A stretch of DNA of 64,000 nt from contig CAVZLE010000005.1 in NCBI GenBank assembly GCA_963776045.1, positions 541,599-605,598 on the forward strand. Reading direction: 5' to 3'. Source of the DNA: an uncultured Solirubrobacterales bacterium (GTDB taxonomy: Bacteria; Actinomycetota; Thermoleophilia; Solirubrobacterales; 70-9). The notes below the pieces were generated by a model. That model was not told where the DNA came from, did no database searches, and saw only the letters and a program-made list of their open reading frames with translations. Below, piece by piece: positions 60,439 through 64,000 of this stretch (the first letter of the stretch is position 1; each line of letters begins with the position of its first letter). The position numbers were made by a program, and so were the translations under genes.

Positions 60439-61444
60439 CCCAGGCCTCGTCCACCAGGATCACGATCAGGGACAGGATCGGGACGGCCACGAACAGGCCG
60501 ACGAACCCGAAGAGCTGTCCGATGACAACCACCCCGATGGCGACGATGGCCGGGTGGAGCTTCACGCGGTTCGCCATCACCAGGGGGATCGTCAGGTTGG
60601 ACTCGATCTGCTGGATCAGCACGTAGATGCCCAGCGTCAACAGCGCCTGCTCGGGCGAGTCGGTGAGGGCGAAGAGCGTCGGCGGGACCGCCCCGACGAT
60701 CGCGCCGAAGTACGGGATCAGCACGAGGATCGCGGAGAAGACCGCGAAGAAGATCGCGAAGTCCAGGCCGATGAGCGAGAGGCCCACGTACAAAAGGACG
60801 CCGGTCAGGACCATGTCGAACAGGACGCCCTCCATCCAGCCGATCCAGCTCGCGCGCAGGCGGTCCATGAAGGTCCGGGCCCAGGCGCGGCGATCGGGCG
60901 GGAAGAGTGCCTCGACACCGTTGATGAGCGGATCCGGCCTGACGGCCATGTAGTACGCGGTGATCAGCATCAGGAGGAACGCCCCGATCACGCCGGCCAC
61001 GTTCAGCCCCAGCGAGGCAAGCGGCCCGATGAACTCGCCCGGGTCGTCGATGTAGGGCTGCAGGAACTCCTGGACCTCCACGCCCACCTCGCTGGGCTGG
61101 GACCCGGTGATGTCGGCCACGGTCTCCTCCACGTCTTCCACGATCGCCGGGACCTCGTCGACGAACTCCTGCGCCTGGTCGGCGAACGACGGGATGATCA
61201 GGGCCAGCATGCCCACGAAGACACCGAGCCCCAGGAACACTCCGACCAGGGCCCCGACGGCGCGCGGGACCTTGTAGCGCTCGAGGCTGGTGGCGCAGGC
61301 GCCGAGGGGGATCGCCAGCAGGACCGTGATCAGGATCGCGATCAGGAGCGTCACGAGCTGCTGGAAGAGCAGCCCGAAGAGCAGCAGGGCAGCGGCCAGC
61401 AGCACGGCCCTGCTCAGGGGATTGAGTTGTCTGTGCTCCGGCAT
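60353..61444 (-). CDS. AI-2E family transporter (PerM/UPF0118)
   Basis: 363-aa polytopic protein with the typical LIPYFGAIVGAVP and NLTIPLVM segments. Confidence 0.88.
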   Translation of the reverse strand: MPEHRQLNPLSRAVLLAAALLLFGLLFQQLVTLLIAILITVLLAIPLGACATSLERYKVPRAVGALVGVFLGLGVFVGMLALIIPSFADQAQEFVDEVPAIVEDVEETVADITGSQPSEVGVEVQEFLQPYIDDPGEFIGPLASLGLNVAGVIGAFLLMLITAYYMAVRPDPLINGVEALFPPDRRAWARTFMDRLRASWIGWMEGVLFDMVLTGVLLYVGLSLIGLDFAIFFAVFSAILVLIPYFGAIVGAVPPTLFALTDSPEQALLTLGIYVLIQQIESNLTIPLVMANRVKLHPAIVAIGVVVIGQLFGFVGLFVAVPILSLIVILVDEAWVKPQEAERGVVAQPDGASAELQVPRASG

Positions 61445-61506
61445 GCTCCCTCGGGATCACGCTACCCGCTGCGAGGGTGCGGGATGCGTGCGCCAGGGGG
61501 AACGCG

Positions 61507-62697
61507 TCAGGTGCGCCCGACGCCCGCGAGCTCGCCGTAGACCTCGGCGGTACGGGCGGCGACGTCGGCCCAGTCGAAGCGCAGGACGTGCTCGGCCGCC
61601 TCGGCGATGAGGCCGTCGCGGAGGTCGTGGTCGCTGAACACGCGCTCGACCATCTCGGCCATCGAGTCGGGATCCTTGGCGGTGAAGCGCAGGCCGGCCT
61701 CGCCGTGCGGGACGACCTCGCGCAGGCCGCCGGTATCGGCGACGATGCAGGGACAGCCGGATGCCATCGCCTCGAGCGCCACCAGGCCGAACGGCTCGTA
61801 GATCGAGGGGACAACGCAGACGTCGGCGATCCGGTAGAGCGAGTGCAGGACGTCGTCGCCCATCCAGCCCAGGAAGGTTCCGTGCCCCATCAGGCCGAGC
61901 TCCTCCGCCTGGCGGCGCAGTTCCTGCTCGTGCGTGCCCGAGCCGGCGACGAGGAAACGGGTGCCGGGGTGGCGCTCGATCAGCCTCGGCATGGCCTCCA
62001 GCGCCAGCTGGAAGCCCTTCTCGTAGACCAGGCGGCCGATCAGCAGCATGACCTTCTCCTCGGGCGCCGCGAACTGCGCGCGCAACCGCTTCAGGCCCGC
62101 CTCGTCATGTGGCTGGAGGTCCTCGGGGTCGATCCCGTTCCAGATCACCGAGATCCGCTCGTCGGGAACCCCGAAGACGTCCGCGATCTGCTCCCGCATG
62201 TAGAACGAGCACGCGATCACGCGGTCGGCCCGATTGGTCATCCAGCGCTCGACTCCGTGGATGTGCGACTGGGGGTGCTTGTCGACCCAGCCCTGGTGAC
62301 GCCCGTACTCGGTGGCGTGAACGGTGGTCACGAGCGGCGTGCCGAAGCGGCGCGCCAGGTGGTCGCCTGCCATCGCGACCAGCCAGTCGTGGCCGTGGAC
62401 GAGGTCGAAGTCGTAGCTGTCGCCCAGCTCGACGCCCGCGGCGAGCATGTCGGAATTCATGCGCTCGACCCAGGCGACGAACTCGCTGAGGTCCGTCGGC
62501 CGGGTGGGCTCGATCACCCGGTGCACGTGGACCCCGCCGGCGATCTCCTCCGCAGGCGACTCCTCGCCGCCGCGGGTGAGCACATGGACCTCCGTCCCCA
62601 GGTCGACCAGCGCCTCGGAGAGCTTGCGCACGTGGCGCGCCAGGCCTCCCTCGATGAGGGGCGGGTACTCCCAGGAGAGGATGAGAACGCGGTTCAT
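61507..62697 (-). CDS. glycosyltransferase family 4 (glycogen-synthase-like alpha-glucosyltransferase)
   Basis: Starts MNRVLILSWEYPPLIEGGLARHV. C-terminal E-x7-E region PSIYEPFGLVALEAMASG. The longer ORF 61507..63573 is an over-extension. Confidence 0.9.
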   Translation of the reverse strand: MNRVLILSWEYPPLIEGGLARHVRKLSEALVDLGTEVHVLTRGGEESPAEEIAGGVHVHRVIEPTRPTDLSEFVAWVERMNSDMLAAGVELGDSYDFDLVHGHDWLVAMAGDHLARRFGTPLVTTVHATEYGRHQGWVDKHPQSHIHGVERWMTNRADRVIACSFYMREQIADVFGVPDERISVIWNGIDPEDLQPHDEAGLKRLRAQFAAPEEKVMLLIGRLVYEKGFQLALEAMPRLIERHPGTRFLVAGSGTHEQELRRQAEELGLMGHGTFLGWMGDDVLHSLYRIADVCVVPSIYEPFGLVALEAMASGCPCIVADTGGLREVVPHGEAGLRFTAKDPDSMAEMVERVFSDHDLRDGLIAEAAEHVLRFDWADVAARTAEVYGELAGVGRT

Positions 62698-62699
62698 GA

Positions 62700-64000
62700 C
62701 TAGGGCTCGAGCAGAGGAGCGAGGCTCAGATCCGGCGCCAGGCTTCGGAGGCGCCCGTCGGGGTGGGCCGGGGAGTGTATGGCCTCCAGCATGGCCTCTC
62801 CGTGGGCGACGGCGCGCCCGTAGGCGTAATCGCCGGCCTGCTTGCGCGAGTCCAGGAAGGCCCAGTCGCTCGCCTGCAGGGCCAGCAGCTCGCGGGTGGC
62901 GCGCTCGGCGACAGCCTCGGGCAGGCCACCGCGTACCCCGCGGATCAGCCGGAGCTCCAGGCGCCGCGCGGCCCAGGCGAGGTCGGCCACGGGACGCGAA
63001 TCCCAGGTGCGCAGGTCCTTGCCCTCGCCCCAGGTGGAGGGGGCGAGCTCGCGCTCCGCGGCGGGGTGGCGCTCGAGCGCGTCGGTGACGCCCACAAGCT
63101 CGACGCCCGCCGCGTCCGCGCCGTCGATGACGGTCGCCAGCCACTCCGGGCCCTCCCACCACCAGTGCCCGAGCAGCTCGGTGTCGATGGCGAAGACGCA
63201 CAGGCCGGGGCGGCCGTGCTCCCGCCTGTGGTCCGCGAGCCGCGACGCGATCGAGACCAGGAACTCGCGACCCTGCTCGCGGGCGCGCTCCGTGGCGCTG
63301 GGCGAGTCGTAGGGAACGCCCGAGATCGCCCACGGCCTGGTGCCGCGCAGCGACTTGCGGTGGAAGTCGGCGTGGCCCGGGTCGGAGGGATATCCGTCGC
63401 CCGACCACAGCCATTGGATCGCCGGCCAGTCGATCGTGAGCGCGACGGGTCCCTCCCTGGTCGCCGCCGGCGTCAGCGCCTGAAGCCCGGACTCGTGCGC
63501 CGACTGATCGACGCAGAAGCAGCGCAGTCCCCGCTCGGCCAGGAGCCGCTCGATCCCGGGCTCGTAGGCGCACTCGGGCAGCCAGAAGCCGGCGGGCTCG
63601 CCGAACCGGCGGCGATGGGATCGCAGCCCGGCGTCGATCTGCAGCCGCGCACCCGAGCGCGTCGCCAGCAGCGGTAGCACCGCATGCGTTGCGGCTGAGG
63701 CCATGAGCTCGACCCTTCCCTCCTCGGCCGGAGTCCGGAACAGGCCGAGCAGGTCATCCCCGACGTCGTCCAGCCGGCCGAGTGCGAGCCGGTAGCGCTC
63801 CGCCTCCGCCGCACACGCCGGGCGGAGCTCGGGATCCGCGTCGGCGGCATCGGCGTCGGCCGAGCCGACCCGGAACTCGGCGACGAAGGCCCGCAGCCGC
63901 TCGGCCACGCCCGGGGCCTCCAGCTGGTCGGCGAGCGCGGGGGTGACGGTGAGGGTGATCCCGCGTGCAGCGTCCAGGACGGGGAGGTACGAACGGCACA
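62700..64000 (-). CDS. GH57 family alpha-glucan branching enzyme (DUF1957 C-terminal domain), 5' end outside window
   Basis: WLPECAYEPG and IDTELLGHWWWEGPEWL motifs. The frame stays open upstream of GTG 63908 to the window edge (...YLPVLDAARGITLTVTPALADQLEAPG...). Confidence 0.85.
   Translation of the reverse strand, partial: CRSYLPVLDAARGITLTVTPALADQLEAPGVAERLRAFVAEFRVGSADADAADADPELRPACAAEAERYRLALGRLDDVGDDLLGLFRTPAEEGRVELMASAATHAVLPLLATRSGARLQIDAGLRSHRRRFGEPAGFWLPECAYEPGIERLLAERGLRCFCVDQSAHESGLQALTPAATREGPVALTIDWPAIQWLWSGDGYPSDPGHADFHRKSLRGTRPWAISGVPYDSPSATERAREQGREFLVSIASRLADHRREHGRPGLCVFAIDTELLGHWWWEGPEWLATVIDGADAAGVELVGVTDALERHPAAERELAPSTWGEGKDLRTWDSRPVADLAWAARRLELRLIRGVRGGLPEAVAERATRELLALQASDWAFLDSRKQAGDYAYGRAVAHGEAMLEAIHSPAHPDGRLRSLAPDLSLAPLLEP

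Overview
GC-rich, densely coding bacterial chromosome segment; codon third positions are almost all G/C. Gene content and order look like a high-GC Gram-positive (Actinomycetota-like) core region. All homology calls were made by eye from the supplied translations; no database search was run.

Main blocks:
- ahcY 3' end, a secreted lipase, and a MacB-type ABC exporter.
- A minus-strand envelope-glycan operon: M20 peptidase, LCP ligase, UDP-glucose dehydrogenase, sugar-1-P nucleotidyltransferase, PGI/PMI.
- The complete F1Fo ATP synthase operon (atpZ/I-like, then atpBEFHAGDC), preceded by glyA, DUF354 and wecA.
- The rpmE, DUF1385, prfA, prmC, tsaC, rpiB block, interrupted by accessory cassettes: a xylose-type ABC transporter with ROK regulator, an RNase Sa/barstar pair, and an R2-like diiron protein with TetR.
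- An acyl-CoA catabolism neighbourhood: ETF-QO, etfBA, split B12 mutase, MeaB, thiolase, acyl-CoA dehydrogenase, amidase, HAD.
- pepA, a GAF-GGDEF-EAL protein, an AI-2E transporter, and a GT4 plus GH57 alpha-glucan pair. The GH57 gene runs off the 3' edge of the window.

No rRNA, tRNA, CRISPR array, transposase or integrase was seen.

Eight single-base reading-frame breaks occur in otherwise intact genes, nearly all at short G/C runs. One is in essential atpD, so sequencing or assembly error is the parsimonious explanation for all of them.

Most unusual content:
- A small tail-anchored protein made of 22 consecutive Ser-x-x triplets.
- An uncharacterised family of secreted three-domain Cys-bracketed proteins: a tandem coupled pair plus a third copy.
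- Long acidic extensions on ATP synthase alpha and beta.
- A DUF354 gene at the position held by UDP-GlcNAc 2-epimerase in Firmicutes.
- Three 17-bp-phased GGGCGGGA repeats upstream of the mutase gene.

I found no convincing evidence of a novel multi-gene defence or mobile system.
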